Part shown: piece after piece, positions 1-11,258 of the stretch
Layout: each line of letters starts with the position of its first letter
Numbering within the stretch: the stretch's first letter is position 1
Source: Acutalibacteraceae bacterium
GTDB lineage: Bacteria; Bacillota; Clostridia; Oscillospirales; Acutalibacteraceae
Assembly: GCA_051881075.1 (NCBI GenBank)
Contig: JBJEPE010000033.1
Span: forward strand, 746 to 64,745
DNA length: 64,000 nt
Direction of reading: 5' to 3'
The notes under the pieces: model-generated
Database searches by the model: none
Told to the model about the DNA's origin: nothing
What the model saw: the letters and a program-made list of their open reading frames with translations, nothing else
Position numbers and translations under genes: made by a program

Positions 1-913
1 TTACCGTACATTCAATATCCTTGATATTCGCAAGCTTAGCTTTAAATTCGTTCTCATTCTTAGCGGATATCCAGCCCGCCAGTATAAAGTTTCCGTCGTA
101 ACTTATAACATAGTTTTTAATGTCAAAATATGTATTCATCTCAAAGATTTTACTGCGTACTACGGTGATTTTTTCTAAATTATCCAATATAAATGTTTTC
201 TCACGCTCACAGGCTTTTTTATATTCATCCTCAAGCTTAGTGAGTTTTTCATTGAGAATTTTATAATATTCCTCAGGGGTGCTTTCAAGTCCCGATATCT
301 CTACAGGCTCAAAGAACAATCCCGAAAAGATGCGATCCACATTGCTGGAATGTTCTACAGGCGATATATAAACACCCCAGTAATGGGTATCATCCGATGT
401 GCAAGGTATAAATAGAACATATGGGTTATCTTCGTACATACTCAGCTTTTTATATCCGTCCTTAGGTAATCGTCCGAATATTGCTTTAATGTACTTACAG
501 GCGGAAATTTTACTCATCTCAAGGTTATATCCCAAGAAATGCCCTGTTTCTTCTATCGCTTTTTTGCAATCTGTAATTTCATCAAGGTAGTTTTTTTTGC
601 TGCCCGTCAGTTGCATAAGCTCATTGTAGACAATGTCTGCATAGTCATGCAACTCATCATATGTCATATTGTTTTCTGCGGTATCTACCTGCTTAACGGT
701 GATACCGGCAAAAGAGAGAGCTTCATCAAACCTTGCAAGTAGCTCAGTATATGGATTTTTATCAACAAGCGGCATGAAATTTTTATTTTCAGCATAAAAG
801 TTTGAGGCGTTATCTGCCTGAAATACCCCTGATGAGCCGCAGGCAATAACTACATCGTTAAGCATATCAAGCTTGCCGACAATATTTACAGCTTTTAATT
901 CTGCAACAGCCAT
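1..913 (-). CDS. ntpI: V-type ATP synthase subunit I (N-terminal part; gene runs off the left edge)
   Basis: Not in the ORF track because there is no stop in the window. My translation of the minus strand from ATG at 913 gives MAVAELKAVNIVGKLDMLNDVV...ILAGWISAKNE. SD GAAAGGAG lies upstream. The N-terminal hairpin domain pattern, including GW, is typical of subunit I, and the gene follows the subunit C gene. Confidence 0.7.
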   Translation of the reverse strand, partial: MAVAELKAVNIVGKLDMLNDVVIACGSSGVFQADNASNFYAENKNFMPLVDKNPYTELLARFDEALSFAGITVKQVDTAENNMTYDELHDYADIVYNELMQLTGSKKNYLDEITDCKKAIEETGHFLGYNLEMSKISACKYIKAIFGRLPKDGYKKLSMYEDNPYVLFIPCTSDDTHYWGVYISPVEHSSNVDRIFSGLFFEPVEISGLESTPEEYYKILNEKLTKLEDEYKKACEREKTFILDNLEKITVVRSKIFEMNTYFDIKNYVISYDGNFILAGWISAKNENEFKAKLANIKDIECTV

Positions 914-927
914 ATAATCAACTCCTT

Positions 928-1971
928 TCAGTTAATGAACAGTAGTCGTCTTATTTTATCTGAGGGCATATTGTATCGTACTCCCTCAATTATGTTTATA
1001 ATATTTGAGATCTCTATCTCAGCCAAATTGATGTAAGATATCATAACTACAACAGGATTTACAGAAAATGTCATATATTTTTTTGCCATTTTGTAGTCTG
1101 ATTTTTGCAGTATCTCAAATGCGTGTTCATAGTCCATCTTAGCTATAATTCTTCCGCTTTTGGTGTGTATGGCTATTTTGAACAGCTCGTCCGCACTTGT
1201 GCAGTTACATAATCGATCAATCTGGTTTTTGGTAAATCTACCGCCTGAATAGAGGTAGTTTTTAATTTCTTCAGATTCCATTTTATAAAATTTCTTCAGC
1301 CTGTGAATACACATAAGATTAAGCATATCAATGCGGTTACAAAAGATATCATACATTTCTTTTTGTGCAGAGCCGTGCATATGTTTTTTGATCATATCAA
1401 GCGTTGAATCATATAGATGTGAGTACATCGCGTGTTCAAGCTTGGATATGTCAGGCTTTTCATTTCCTTTAACAGTAAACGGCTTGAGTATATCATAGTA
1501 CTTTGATTTTGACAGAAATTCAACAAATTCATTGAAGCTTTTTATTTCCGCAAAAGCATGAAGGTCGATGGATGTGATCTTGTCAAAATAAAGCGGCAGA
1601 GAATAGATATATTTGCTTGCTCTGCCTGATACCAAAAGTACAAGAAACTGCGATATTAGCTCTATCTCTATACGTTCAATTATGTAGTTTGAAAATTTTT
1701 CTTTCGCTACATTCTCGTACCTGAACAGTTCGGCACATTGATAGAATAAATGCTGTCTTAAAAGCGTCTCAAGCTGGCCTCTGTGAACATTGTTTTCGTT
1801 AAGAGGGGAGAGTACCTGTGCGTATTCAGTGTTATTTTTAAGGTATAGCATAATCTGTGATACCGTAGTACACTCCAGCATAGCGTCATAGTTCTTTTCT
1901 GTAAGATGTCTGCCATACATGGCGTGAGCCTTAGAAAGAATAGCATTTGAGGAATAATCCGATATAGACAT
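928..1971 (-). CDS. ntpC: V-type ATP synthase subunit C (V0 d-type, AC39 family)
   Basis: About 347 aa, all-helical, lying between the G/H-like and subunit I genes. I moved the start from the track's TTG (1980) to ATG at 1971, because GGAGG sits 9 nt upstream of that ATG. Confidence 0.7.
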   Translation of the reverse strand: MSISDYSSNAILSKAHAMYGRHLTEKNYDAMLECTTVSQIMLYLKNNTEYAQVLSPLNENNVHRGQLETLLRQHLFYQCAELFRYENVAKEKFSNYIIERIEIELISQFLVLLVSGRASKYIYSLPLYFDKITSIDLHAFAEIKSFNEFVEFLSKSKYYDILKPFTVKGNEKPDISKLEHAMYSHLYDSTLDMIKKHMHGSAQKEMYDIFCNRIDMLNLMCIHRLKKFYKMESEEIKNYLYSGGRFTKNQIDRLCNCTSADELFKIAIHTKSGRIIAKMDYEHAFEILQKSDYKMAKKYMTFSVNPVVVMISYINLAEIEISNIINIIEGVRYNMPSDKIRRLLFIN

Positions 1972-1976
1972 AGTCC

Positions 1977-2288
1977 TCAACCTCCAATGACCTTTTCTAC
2001 AAGCTTATTTACCCATAGGTCAAAGTTCTCATTGTAGATTCGGTCAAGATTATTGGATATACTTTTGTTTTTATTGCTGACACGCTTCCAGTCTTTTTGA
2101 GTGGATATGCGTTCAGCTTTCTCAAATTCTTCAATTTTCTTTTTTGTTTTTGAGAGTAAAGAATCCTTTATTTTTTTTTCAGAGATGACTACTTCCGCTT
2201 CATAGTCAAGCTTTTCCTGCTCTGCATTTTCTATAAGCTTGCGTGCAGCTTCATCCATTTCAAGTATTTTTGAGATCATGTCCTGCAT
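1977..2288 (-). CDS. Small coiled-coil V-type ATPase stalk subunit (G/H-like)
   Basis: About 103 aa, Lys/Glu-rich helical protein (MQDMISKILEMDEAARKLIENAEQEK...) at the head of the V-ATPase genes. GAGGTG lies 6 nt upstream of ATG at 2288; the track's start at 2297 overlaps the SD. Confidence 0.55.
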   Translation of the reverse strand: MQDMISKILEMDEAARKLIENAEQEKLDYEAEVVISEKKIKDSLLSKTKKKIEEFEKAERISTQKDWKRVSNKNKSISNNLDRIYNENFDLWVNKLVEKVIGG

Positions 2289-2306
2289 AAAAAACACCTC
2301 GCTTTT

Positions 2307-3668
2307 TTAATTCTTAAGGCTTTGTATAGGTGCAGGTATTCTTCCGCCTCTGCCTATAAATACGGCAGGTGAGGATATATTTACCTCCATAACGGGACCT
2401 CCGCCGAGCAATCCGCCGAAATTAAGCTCATCGCCTGCCTTTTTACCTATAGCCGGTATAACTCTTACCGCCGTAGTCTTTGAGTTTATCATTCCTATAG
2501 CGGCTTCGTCGGCAATTATTGCCGATATTATCTCAGGAGTTACATCGCCAGGTATGTTTATCATATCAAGACCTACTGAGCATACTGCCGTCATGGCCTC
2601 AAGCTTATTAAGTGTGAGTGCACCGCACCTTGCCGCATCTATCATGCCGGCATCTTCCGTAACGGGTATAAATGCACCTGACAGACCGCCTACATGAGAA
2701 GAAGCCATTATTCCGCCCTTTTTAACCGCATCATTCAAAAGAGCGAGTGCCGCAGTAGTTCCGTGTGCGCCGCATTTTTCCAGTCCCATTTCTTCAAGAA
2801 TATGTGCGACGGAATCACCGACAGCCGGGGTAGGGGCAAGAGAGAGATCAACTATTCCAAAAGGAACACAAAGCCTTTTAGAGGCTTCTTTTGCCACAAG
2901 CTGACCCATCCTTGTTATTTTAAATGCCGTTTTCTTTACGATGTCCGAAACCTCCGTTAAATCGCAGTCACCTGCTTTAGCAAGAGCCGCACGTACAACG
3001 CCCGGGCCGGATACGCCTACGTTGATAACACAGTCAGGCTCACCGACGCCGTGAAAAGCGCCTGCCATAAACGGATTATCTTCGGGAGCGTTACAAAATA
3101 CAACAAGCTTTGCACAGCCTATGCAATCTCTGTCTGCAGTAAGCTCAGCCGTTTGCTTTACTATCTGTCCCATCATGGCCACAGCGTCCATATTAATGCC
3201 TGCTTTAGTGCTGCCTATATTAATGGAGGAGCATACTCTCTCTGTTTCGGCAAGTGCCTGAGGTATGCTTTCTATAAGCGCATAATCTCCGGCGGCAAAT
3301 CCCTTTTGCACAAGTGCGGAATATCCGCCGATAAAATTTACGCCTATCTCATGAGCGGCTCTGTCAAGTGCTTTTGCAAATTTTACTATGCTTTGCGTTT
3401 GACATGCCGCAGCCAGCATGGCTATAGGAGTAACAGAAACACGCTTATTGATTATCGGTATGCCGTATTCGGCGGTTATCTGCTCACCTGTAGGTACCAA
3501 GTCCATAGCATACCGACAAATTTTATCATATAGCTTATCGCAAGCCCTGTCTATATTATCATCAATACAGTCAAGCAAAGATATTCCCATTGTTATGGTA
3601 CGTACGTCCAGATTTTCGTTGTCTATCATATTGATAGTTTCGAGAATGTCGTGTGAATTTAGTATCAA
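2307..3668 (-). CDS. UPF0210 / DUF711 (PFL-like) family protein
   Basis: N-terminus ...[27 protein letters not shown] is the characteristic UPF0210 start, and the gene is paired with an upstream small ACT protein. The likely start is TTG at 3668, 5 nt after GGAGG. Confidence 0.75.
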   Translation of the reverse strand: MILNSHDILETINMIDNENLDVRTITMGISLLDCIDDNIDRACDKLYDKICRYAMDLVPTGEQITAEYGIPIINKRVSVTPIAMLAAACQTQSIVKFAKALDRAAHEIGVNFIGGYSALVQKGFAAGDYALIESIPQALAETERVCSSINIGSTKAGINMDAVAMMGQIVKQTAELTADRDCIGCAKLVVFCNAPEDNPFMAGAFHGVGEPDCVINVGVSGPGVVRAALAKAGDCDLTEVSDIVKKTAFKITRMGQLVAKEASKRLCVPFGIVDLSLAPTPAVGDSVAHILEEMGLEKCGAHGTTAALALLNDAVKKGGIMASSHVGGLSGAFIPVTEDAGMIDAARCGALTLNKLEAMTAVCSVGLDMINIPGDVTPEIISAIIADEAAIGMINSKTTAVRVIPAIGKKAGDELNFGGLLGGGPVMEVNISSPAVFIGRGGRIPAPIQSLKN

Positions 3669-3732
3669 AAACACCTCCGTAATAGTGTTAAGCTATAAAA
3701 CTTAACATATTGAAAAGTCGCATAAATACTGC

Positions 3733-4002
3733 TTAAATTTTGTGCATAGAGTTAAAAATGTCCTCATGCATTATATGGATTTTCAAATTCATTTTGTTAC
3801 CCAATTCTTCAAGCTTTTCGGCAAGCTCAGCGAACGGTACATTAAGCTTTTGAATATCAACCAGCATTATCATGGCAAACAGGTCTTGCAATACAGATTG
3901 CGTAACCTCAGTTATATTTGCGTCACAGGCAGCACAAATGTTAGAAACTTCCGCAACTATTCCTACAGTATCCTTACCTATAACTGCAACTACAGCTTTC
4001 AT
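3733..4002 (-). CDS. ACT domain protein (UPF0237 family)
   Basis: MKAVVAVIGKDTVGIVAEVS is the canonical UPF0237 ACT start. GAAGGAGA lies upstream of ATG at 4002. The gene always partners with UPF0210. Confidence 0.75.
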   Translation of the reverse strand: MKAVVAVIGKDTVGIVAEVSNICAACDANITEVTQSVLQDLFAMIMLVDIQKLNVPFAELAEKLEELGNKMNLKIHIMHEDIFNSMHKI

Positions 4003-4173
4003 ATATATTTCATCTCCTTCGGTATAAGCCAAGCCATGTATTTTTGGGATTAAACAATCACAGCTTATGACTATGCGGTATTAAGTTGATTTAATGTTGC
4101 GCAAAACGCATTTATATTGAGTATATCATATCCTATGCCACGTCATGGGCATAGACATTGATATTACCAATTA

Positions 4174-5340
4174 TCATAGAGTTTGATAATATCCTGTTTT
4201 ATAGTTCAGCTTGTCAGGGTCATTTCGGTGCATATATACGCTCTGTACCAATCCTACGCCGAAGTACAGGCACATTGCAGAGGTACCGCCTGCGCTGAAG
4301 AACGGTAATGTAACGCCGATAACAGGCAAAAATCCCAGTACCATGCCGACATTCAGGCAGGTCTGTGACATTATCAGAGCGAAAAATCCGTAGCATATGA
4401 ATTTACCTATGTTGTCCTCGGACTTTGATGCTACCACCAATGAATGCATCATAATCAAAAATAGTATTGCAAGCAATAAAAGACAGCCTATAAATCCAAG
4501 TTCTTCGCCTGCAACGGAAAAAATAAAGTCGTTTTCCTGATAAGGCACTATGCCGGACGCAACACGTGAACCGTTAAAAAGTCCTTTTCCGTCAAGCTGT
4601 CCTGTTGCTATTGATATTTTTCCTTGAAATTGCTGCCAGACGAATCTGTTGCCGGAGTTTCCGTCAATATCGAATAATGCTAAAATCCTACCCCTGTGGT
4701 CATCATTAAGAATATATGTCCACACAATAGGTACGGCGGCTCCTATGCAAAGCAGAAGTGCAAAGAAGTATCTTAATGCAACGCCTGCCAAAAACGCAAC
4801 GATAATAAACATGAAAATGAATATAAGAACCGCACCGTCATCACCCTGAAAGTGAATTAGTCCCACAGGCACTGCCACATGAGCGACAAGTCCCATAATA
4901 TGCGGAAAGCTTTTCAGTTTATCCTTTTCGGCAAGGTAAGAGAGATGATAGGCAAATGTAATTATAAAGCATATCTTTGTAAGCTCTGAGGGTTGAAATG
5001 TGACACCGCCGATTTTAAGCCATGCCTTGTCGTCTGTGCCGGGTACCTGTATTCCCACAAAGAAAACAAGCACAGTAAGTACTAATGCTACCCCTCCGAC
5101 AACGTACCACATTTTTGATATATCTTTATAATCAAGTATTGATAATATAATTGCTCCAAAATAGCCGAGAGAAATAGCTATTAATTGTGTTGTAAGATAG
5201 TCATATTCAAACGAACGTTGAACGCTGGCAATAAGTATTGCCCCATAGCAGGATGCGGCTATAGTAAGTAGCCAAAAAAGCTTATCCGTCTTTTTGATAT
5301 AGCCCCATATCGCAGAAAAAATAGTTTTCAACCAGCTCAT
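4174..5340 (-). CDS. FtsW/RodA/SpoVE family peptidoglycan glycosyltransferase
   Basis: 388 aa with about 10 TM segments and SEDS-type motifs (FQPSELTKI, LPFFSAGGTS). Confidence 0.85.
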   Translation of the reverse strand: MSWLKTIFSAIWGYIKKTDKLFWLLTIAASCYGAILIASVQRSFEYDYLTTQLIAISLGYFGAIILSILDYKDISKMWYVVGGVALVLTVLVFFVGIQVPGTDDKAWLKIGGVTFQPSELTKICFIITFAYHLSYLAEKDKLKSFPHIMGLVAHVAVPVGLIHFQGDDGAVLIFIFMFIIVAFLAGVALRYFFALLLCIGAAVPIVWTYILNDDHRGRILALFDIDGNSGNRFVWQQFQGKISIATGQLDGKGLFNGSRVASGIVPYQENDFIFSVAGEELGFIGCLLLLAILFLIMMHSLVVASKSEDNIGKFICYGFFALIMSQTCLNVGMVLGFLPVIGVTLPFFSAGGTSAMCLYFGVGLVQSVYMHRNDPDKLNYKTGYYQTL

Positions 5341-5704
5341 TCCTTTCTGTCAGAATCCTATATATTTCAAAGTAGATTTGTCTTGAATAAATTTAAAGTT
5401 TATTATATAACTTTTTGCAGAAAAATTCAAGCGTTTGACAATAATTTTAGCGTAGATAAGCCTTTTATTTTAAATATAGTACTTTTATATTAAAAAACTA
5501 TATAATTTACTAAATAAATTTCTTTAAAATACTTGTTCAGCTATGAAAAGTGTGTTACAATAATACGAAAAACAAAATCGCTTAGCTTGTAAAGCGATAA
5601 ATTAAATTTTAAACTTTTATATGATTTTCTTATAAATTAAATTTATTGAGATAGTTTTATAACCTCTATTGAGCTAAAAATTGAGTAAAAAAGGAGAATG
5701 AATC

Positions 5705-7375
5705 ATGTTGACAGATATTGAAATAGCACAATCCGTTAAAATGCGTCCTATATCCGAGATTGCTGACACACTCGGTTTACAACCTGATGAATGTGAGATG
5801 TACGGCAAATATAAGGCTAAGATAGATGATATTTCAGTTATGAAACGTCTTGCCGATAAACCAGACGGCAAGCTTATACTTGTTACCGCTATTAATCCAA
5901 CACCGGCAGGCGAGGGTAAAACGACCACTACTATAGGGCTTGGTCAGGCTATGGCTAAGATAGGCAAAAATGCCATAATCGCTTTGCGTGAACCGTCACT
6001 CGGCCCGGTATTCGGCATAAAAGGCGGTGCGGCAGGTGGCGGATATTCTCAGGTATTGCCCATGGAAGATATTAACCTGCATTTTACCGGTGATATGCAC
6101 GCAATCACTTCTGCCAATAACTTGCTCTGCGCTATGCTTGACAATCACTTACAGCAGGGCAATTTACTTAATATAGACGAAAGAAGAATACTTGTAAAGC
6201 GTTGCTTGGATATGAACGACCGTGCGTTGAGAAATATCGTTATAGGTCTTGGCGGTAAGGTAAACGGCATCCCACGAGAGGACGGTTTCATTATAACCGT
6301 TGCAAGTGAGGTAATGGCGATACTTTGCCTTGCTGATGATATTGATGATCTTAAACGTCGGTTGGGCAATATTCTTATAGCTTATACACGTGACGGCAAG
6401 CCTGTTTTCGCTAAGGATATCAAGGCTCACGGCGCAATGACAGCCTTGCTTAAGGATGCTGTAAAACCTAATCTGATACAAACTATAGAGGGCACTCCGG
6501 CAATAATGCACGGCGGACCTTTCGCAAATATCGCTCACGGTTGCAACTCGGTCAAAGCGACTAAGCTCGGACTTAAGCTTGCCGATTATTGTATAACCGA
6601 AGCAGGCTTCGGTTCTGACCTGGGTGCAGAGAAGTTCTTTGATATTAAGTGCCGCTACGCAGGAATTAAGCCGTCAGCAGTAGTAATAGTAGCTACCGTA
6701 AGGGCGCTGAAGTATAACGGCGGTGTACCTAAGACAGAGCTTTCTGCCGATAATACGGATGCACTTAAAAAGGGAATTGTAAACTTAGGAGTTCATATTG
6801 ACAATATGAGAAAGTTCGGTATTCCGGTAGTTGTTGCTATCAATCGCTTTTTGACCGATAGTGACGAAGAGCTTGAAATTATTAAAAATTACTGCAATGA
6901 GCATGATGCCGACTTTGCTCTCTCAGAAGTATTCGCAAAGGGCGGCGAAGGCGGCACAGAACTTGCCAAATGTGTTGTAAAAGCTACTGAAAAGTCAAAT
7001 AACTTTACACAGCTTTATCCGCTTGAAATCCTGCTTAAAGAGAAAATCAACAAAATTGCCACCGAGATTTACAGAGCAGGAAATGTTGCATATACTACAA
7101 CCGCAGAAAAGGCTATAAAAGAGATAGTTGCCCTCGGCGGAGATAAATTGCCGGTATGTGTTGCAAAAACGCAGTACTCATTATCCGACAATCCTCAGCT
7201 TTTAGGTGCGCCCGAAGGCTTTACGCTTACGGTAAGAGATGTTAAGATTTCAAACGGCGCAGGCTTTGTCGTAGTATTTACCGGAGATATAATGACTATG
7301 CCGGGTTTACCTAAAGTACCTTCTGCAGAAAAGATAGATGTAAGCACGGATGCTGTAATTTCAGGTTTGTTCTGA
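5705..7375 (+). CDS. fhs: Formate--tetrahydrofolate ligase
   Basis: 556 aa with the [18 protein letters not shown]-loop, full-length FTHFS pattern, and SD AAGGAG. Confidence 0.95.
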   Translation: MLTDIEIAQSVKMRPISEIADTLGLQPDECEMYGKYKAKIDDISVMKRLADKPDGKLILVTAINPTPAGEGKTTTTIGLGQAMAKIGKNAIIALREPSLGPVFGIKGGAAGGGYSQVLPMEDINLHFTGDMHAITSANNLLCAMLDNHLQQGNLLNIDERRILVKRCLDMNDRALRNIVIGLGGKVNGIPREDGFIITVASEVMAILCLADDIDDLKRRLGNILIAYTRDGKPVFAKDIKAHGAMTALLKDAVKPNLIQTIEGTPAIMHGGPFANIAHGCNSVKATKLGLKLADYCITEAGFGSDLGAEKFFDIKCRYAGIKPSAVVIVATVRALKYNGGVPKTELSADNTDALKKGIVNLGVHIDNMRKFGIPVVVAINRFLTDSDEELEIIKNYCNEHDADFALSEVFAKGGEGGTELAKCVVKATEKSNNFTQLYPLEILLKEKINKIATEIYRAGNVAYTTTAEKAIKEIVALGGDKLPVCVAKTQYSLSDNPQLLGAPEGFTLTVRDVKISNGAGFVVVFTGDIMTMPGLPKVPSAEKIDVSTDAVISGLF

Positions 7376-7455
7376 TTGCAGAATATAAATTTACTATAAG
7401 CCGTTTGTAATATAATTATTTGATTTATTGAGCAAATGACGGAACGGAGAAAACT

Positions 7456-7881
7456 ATGCTTGAGATAAAAACTTCTTCACCCGAAGAAACACAAAAGGTA
7501 GGCTTTATGCTCGGCAAAAAATTAAAGGGCGATGAGGTAATCGCTTTTTTCGGCGGTATGGGCATGGGTAAAACCGCATTTACCTGGGGTTTGGCTGAGG
7601 CCCTCGGCGTTACTGACGGTGTATCAAGCCCCACGTTTGCGCTTGTAAACGAGTATCACGGTAAATTTAAAATTTTTCATTTTGATATGTACAGAGTGAA
7701 TACTGTTGATGACCTGTACTCAACGGGTTTTTTTGACTACTTCGGTAACGGAGTAATGGTTATCGAATGGAGCGAAAACATACCGTTTGCTATAGAGGAT
7801 AGCTTTATAAAAGTCAGGATTTCTCAGGGAATAAACGAAAACGACAGAGTTATAAATATCGAAGGGATTGACGAAATTTGA
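7456..7881 (+). CDS. tsaE: tRNA t6A37 biosynthesis ATPase TsaE
   Basis: 141 aa with the GGMGMGKTAFTWGLAEALG P-loop and SPTFALVNEY motif. Confidence 0.9.
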   Translation: MLEIKTSSPEETQKVGFMLGKKLKGDEVIAFFGGMGMGKTAFTWGLAEALGVTDGVSSPTFALVNEYHGKFKIFHFDMYRVNTVDDLYSTGFFDYFGNGVMVIEWSENIPFAIEDSFIKVRISQGINENDRVINIEGIDEI

Positions 7882-8585
7882 AGATTATGGCGTTAGATTC
7901 TTCCGCTGTTACAGCGTCGGTCGCAATATGTGATGACGGTAAAGTAACGGGAGAGTTTTACATTAATGCGGGTCTTACGCACAGTCAGACGCTTATGCCT
8001 ATGGTAGAATCGATTTTAAAGTGTTCTGCTACCGATATATCGCAGATAGAGGCTTTTGCAATAACTACCGGTCCGGGTTCTTTTACTGGCTTGCGTATTG
8101 GCATAGGCGCAGTCAAGGGCATGGCTATGGCTCTTGATAAGCCGTGTATAGAGGTGTCTACGCTTGAGGCTATTGCATATCCGCATAAGCTTAGCGGTGC
8201 CGTTATATGCTCAGTTATGGATGCCCGCTGCAATCAGGTATATAATGCGGTATTCAAAAGTGAGGACGGAGAGCTTGTACGCATATGCGATGACAGAGCG
8301 ATTGCGATATCTGACCTTCTTACGGAGCTTAAAGGGTATGATAAAGTTATTCTTGCAGGCGACGGAGCAAAGCTCTGCTTCACAAAGGCAAGGGAACAAG
8401 GACTTGAAAATATATATTTACCGCTTGAGCAGCAGGTTTATCAAAGAGCGTCAAGCGTATGTATGATAGCGCAACGCAAGGCCGAAGGCGGAGAGCTTTT
8501 AAGTGCCGGTAAGCTTATGCCGGTATATTTGCGCCCATCGCAGGCAGAGCGTGAGTATCAAAGCAGAATAAACAAAAATGTTTGA
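7878..8585 (+). CDS. tsaB: tRNA t6A37 biosynthesis protein TsaB
   Basis: MKIMALDSS...TGPGSFTGLRIG. The start overlaps the tsaE stop by 4 nt. Confidence 0.9.
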   Translation: MKIMALDSSAVTASVAICDDGKVTGEFYINAGLTHSQTLMPMVESILKCSATDISQIEAFAITTGPGSFTGLRIGIGAVKGMAMALDKPCIEVSTLEAIAYPHKLSGAVICSVMDARCNQVYNAVFKSEDGELVRICDDRAIAISDLLTELKGYDKVILAGDGAKLCFTKAREQGLENIYLPLEQQVYQRASSVCMIAQRKAEGGELLSAGKLMPVYLRPSQAEREYQSRINKNV

Positions 8586-8649
8586 TTTTATTAATGTGCA
8601 GTTAATTTTTAATTTGTAATATATATTTATAAATGAAAGGATTGATAAA

Positions 8650-9102
8650 ATGATAGCTTTAGGAGCAGATCATGCAGGATTTGAATTAAAAGAGGTGATA
8701 AAGAAGCATTTGGCTGATAAAGGCATAGAAACAAAGGATTTTGGCACATACAGTACCGATTCGGTAGATTACCCTGACTTTGCATATAAGACAGCAAAGG
8801 CTGTTACGTCAGGCGAATGTCAATACGGAATACTTTGCTGCGGTACAGGTATAGGAATATCTATAGCTGCCAATAAGGTTAAGGGAATACGTGCGGCTCT
8901 ATGTTCAGATGAATTTTCAGCTGAAATGACACGTAGACATAACGATGCAAATATTATCTGCTTTGGCGGTAGAGTTATAAACAGTGAGCTTGCGATAAAG
9001 CTTGTTGATATATTCCTTGCCACACCGTTTGAGGGCGGCAAACATTTAGTTCGCATTAATAAGATAAGAGATATAGAGGAAGGAAAATACTCGGCTGAAT
9101 AA
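8650..9102 (+). CDS. rpiB: Ribose-5-phosphate isomerase B
   Basis: 150 aa with GADHAGFELK and CGTGIGISIAANK motifs. Confidence 0.92.
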   Translation: MIALGADHAGFELKEVIKKHLADKGIETKDFGTYSTDSVDYPDFAYKTAKAVTSGECQYGILCCGTGIGISIAANKVKGIRAALCSDEFSAEMTRRHNDANIICFGGRVINSELAIKLVDIFLATPFEGGKHLVRINKIRDIEEGKYSAE

Positions 9103-9170
9103 TAATAGCTCGATTTATTGTTTGAATATGAGAGGAGGCAGTACGTCGCTTGTGCGATGTATGAAAACTT

Positions 9171-9815
9171 ATGGAAAGCAGAATTAGTAAGAATGTAGTT
9201 ATCTTTGATCATCCGCTTATCCAGCATAAGCTTACACTTATGAGAGATAAAAATTCCGGCAGTAAGGTGTTCAGAGAATTGGTCGGTGAGGTCGCAATGC
9301 TTATGTGCTATGAGGCAACCAGAGATCTGCCGCTTGATGAAATAGAGATAGAAACACCTATCGCCAAGGCAAAATCAAAAGTGCTTTCCGGTAGAAAGCT
9401 TGCATTTGTGCCTATTTTACGTGCAGGTATGGGTATGCTTGACGGTATGCTGTCAATGGTGCCTGCCGCTAAAGTAGGACATATAGGTTTATACCGTGAC
9501 GAGGCTACACTCAAGCCTGTTGAATACTACAACAAGCTGCCTACCGATATCAATGAAAGAGATGTTTTTGTACTTGATCCCATGCTTGCTACAGGCGGTT
9601 CTGCCATTGACGCAATATCTATAATCAAGAAAAGTAATCCAAAGAGCATAAAGTTCCTTTGCATTATTGCGTCCCCTGAGGGAATTGAGGCGCTCACAAA
9701 GGCTCATGAAGATATACAGATATACTGTGCCGCCTGTGATCAGGGATTAAACGAAGACGGCTACATAGTCCCCGGATTAGGTGACTGCGGCGACAGAATT
9801 TTCGGCACTAAATAA
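9171..9815 (+). CDS. upp: Uracil phosphoribosyltransferase
   Basis: Motifs are [15 protein letters not shown] and the [13 protein letters not shown] loop. An in-frame stop at 9162-9164 makes 9171 the first possible start. Confidence 0.92.
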   Translation: MESRISKNVVIFDHPLIQHKLTLMRDKNSGSKVFRELVGEVAMLMCYEATRDLPLDEIEIETPIAKAKSKVLSGRKLAFVPILRAGMGMLDGMLSMVPAAKVGHIGLYRDEATLKPVEYYNKLPTDINERDVFVLDPMLATGGSAIDAISIIKKSNPKSIKFLCIIASPEGIEALTKAHEDIQIYCAACDQGLNEDGYIVPGLGDCGDRIFGTK

Positions 9816-9881
9816 TAACTAATATGAATAACGCCCGATTATCGAATTTTACGGTAATCGGGCTTTTGGTGTATTATACTG

Positions 9882-10919
9882 TTAATTTTGATTAAGCCAT
9901 GTTTCCAAGGCCTGCGGCAGATGATACCGCCAATATACTTCGTTGTGCAGTGCCTTATCGTTTACTATAAGCGTTGTTAGCTCTTTGGGATAGTGCATTT
10001 TTTTATACATTTCAAGCGTGCATTTGCATATATCTTTTTCAAGGTCATCGTTGTCACCTGTATAGAGGAATAAATACGGCAAGCTTTTATTGCTCTTAAA
10101 ATTAAATTTACTAAGGTATTTTTTCCATACTTCTTCGTCAAAGAATAAGAACGCAGGTGAGAAGCTGCCGATAAATGAGAATACGTCCATTAATTCCAAT
10201 CCTAAGTAAAATGCCGCAAGTCCGCCGCAAGAGCTGCCTATTATTGCGTTTCCGCTCTGTTTTACGGAGTAATTTTCGTTGACAAAAGGAATCAGCATAT
10301 CTTTAATAAATGCAAGCAGCTCATCGCCGTGGGGTGAGTATCCCTCATCCATAGGCATATTTGTCATTTTACCGATAGGTGGAGTAAGGTCCTCGAATCT
10401 ACGGCTTTCACCCTCATCGTTGTATATACCGACTATCATTATATTTTTATTGTATTTCTTTATGGCAGAATAGGTTACAACATCGGCACTCCATATTTCT
10501 CCGTAATATGACTGCCTACGGTCAAACAAATTTTGTGCGTCGGTCATATAGATAACGTTGTATTCTTTGCTGTCAGAGTAATTTTCAGGTAACCATATGA
10601 CTATCCTTTTAGTACCGTCACGGTATGGTAGGTTAAAGTATTCTACACTGCCATACTTTACTGCTGAATGTACGTAAAAATCAAGATGTCCGCTTTCGTT
10701 TATATAAAATCCGTCAGCCAAAGATGTCAGCGGTATAAATTCCGTAGTGGTATCATTTGTTTTAAATCCAATGTGTGTGTATAGGTCACTGTCGATTAAA
10801 GCGGAATATTCGTTATTGCTTGTTTTTTCGGTTAGTAAGCAAGTTCTTATATCGCTTTTATCTGATTTCAGCAGTACGAATACATCCCCGGAAGTGTCGT
10901 TTTTAAAATAAATTCTCAC
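9882..10919 (-). CDS. Esterase-D/Fes-type alpha/beta hydrolase with N-terminal beta-rich extension
   Basis: GSSCGG nucleophile elbow in the putative-esterase (PF00756-like) pattern. A region of about 90 aa precedes the hydrolase fold. Confidence 0.6.
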   Translation of the reverse strand: MRIYFKNDTSGDVFVLLKSDKSDIRTCLLTEKTSNNEYSALIDSDLYTHIGFKTNDTTTEFIPLTSLADGFYINESGHLDFYVHSAVKYGSVEYFNLPYRDGTKRIVIWLPENYSDSKEYNVIYMTDAQNLFDRRQSYYGEIWSADVVTYSAIKKYNKNIMIVGIYNDEGESRRFEDLTPPIGKMTNMPMDEGYSPHGDELLAFIKDMLIPFVNENYSVKQSGNAIIGSSCGGLAAFYLGLELMDVFSFIGSFSPAFLFFDEEVWKKYLSKFNFKSNKSLPYLFLYTGDNDDLEKDICKCTLEMYKKMHYPKELTTLIVNDKALHNEVYWRYHLPQALETWLNQN

Positions 10920-11258
10920 AAAATCACCTCATATAATAATTTAACTGCAAATAAGATATTTATATCATCTCAATAAAGTCAAGTAGTAAGATATAAATAC
11001 CGTAGAACCGCATTTTTAGTGGCATACAGTCACAGTGTAAAGCCTATTAGCTTTAGTAATTTTAGATGCAAATTAAGTAATTTCTTTAAAATTTCTAAAC
11101 TTATTATACCAGTTTTTTTAAAGAAATAAAAGCGTATATATAAAAAAATTATAATTTTTTATTGCTTGTAGGATTAAAGCTTGATTTATCTTAGGTAATA
11201 TAGTAAAATGTATACAAAATTATGTTGCAAAATTAACAATCCAAAGGATGTGTTATTA

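Noticed and set aside
3051-3533. 160-aa plus-strand ORF, and similar ORFs (2694-2960, 3418-3705, 6164-6538, 8820-9227, 35009-35431, 46846-47244, 50056-50445, 61296-62108)
   Set aside because: All are antisense or out-of-frame shadows of well-supported genes. None has motifs or an SD.
5341-5704. Possible THF or other riboswitch in the 364-nt region upstream of fhs
   Set aside because: The sequence is very AT-rich, with only one short hairpin (ATCGCTT...AAGCGAT). There is no GC-supported multi-stem structure or known riboswitch core.
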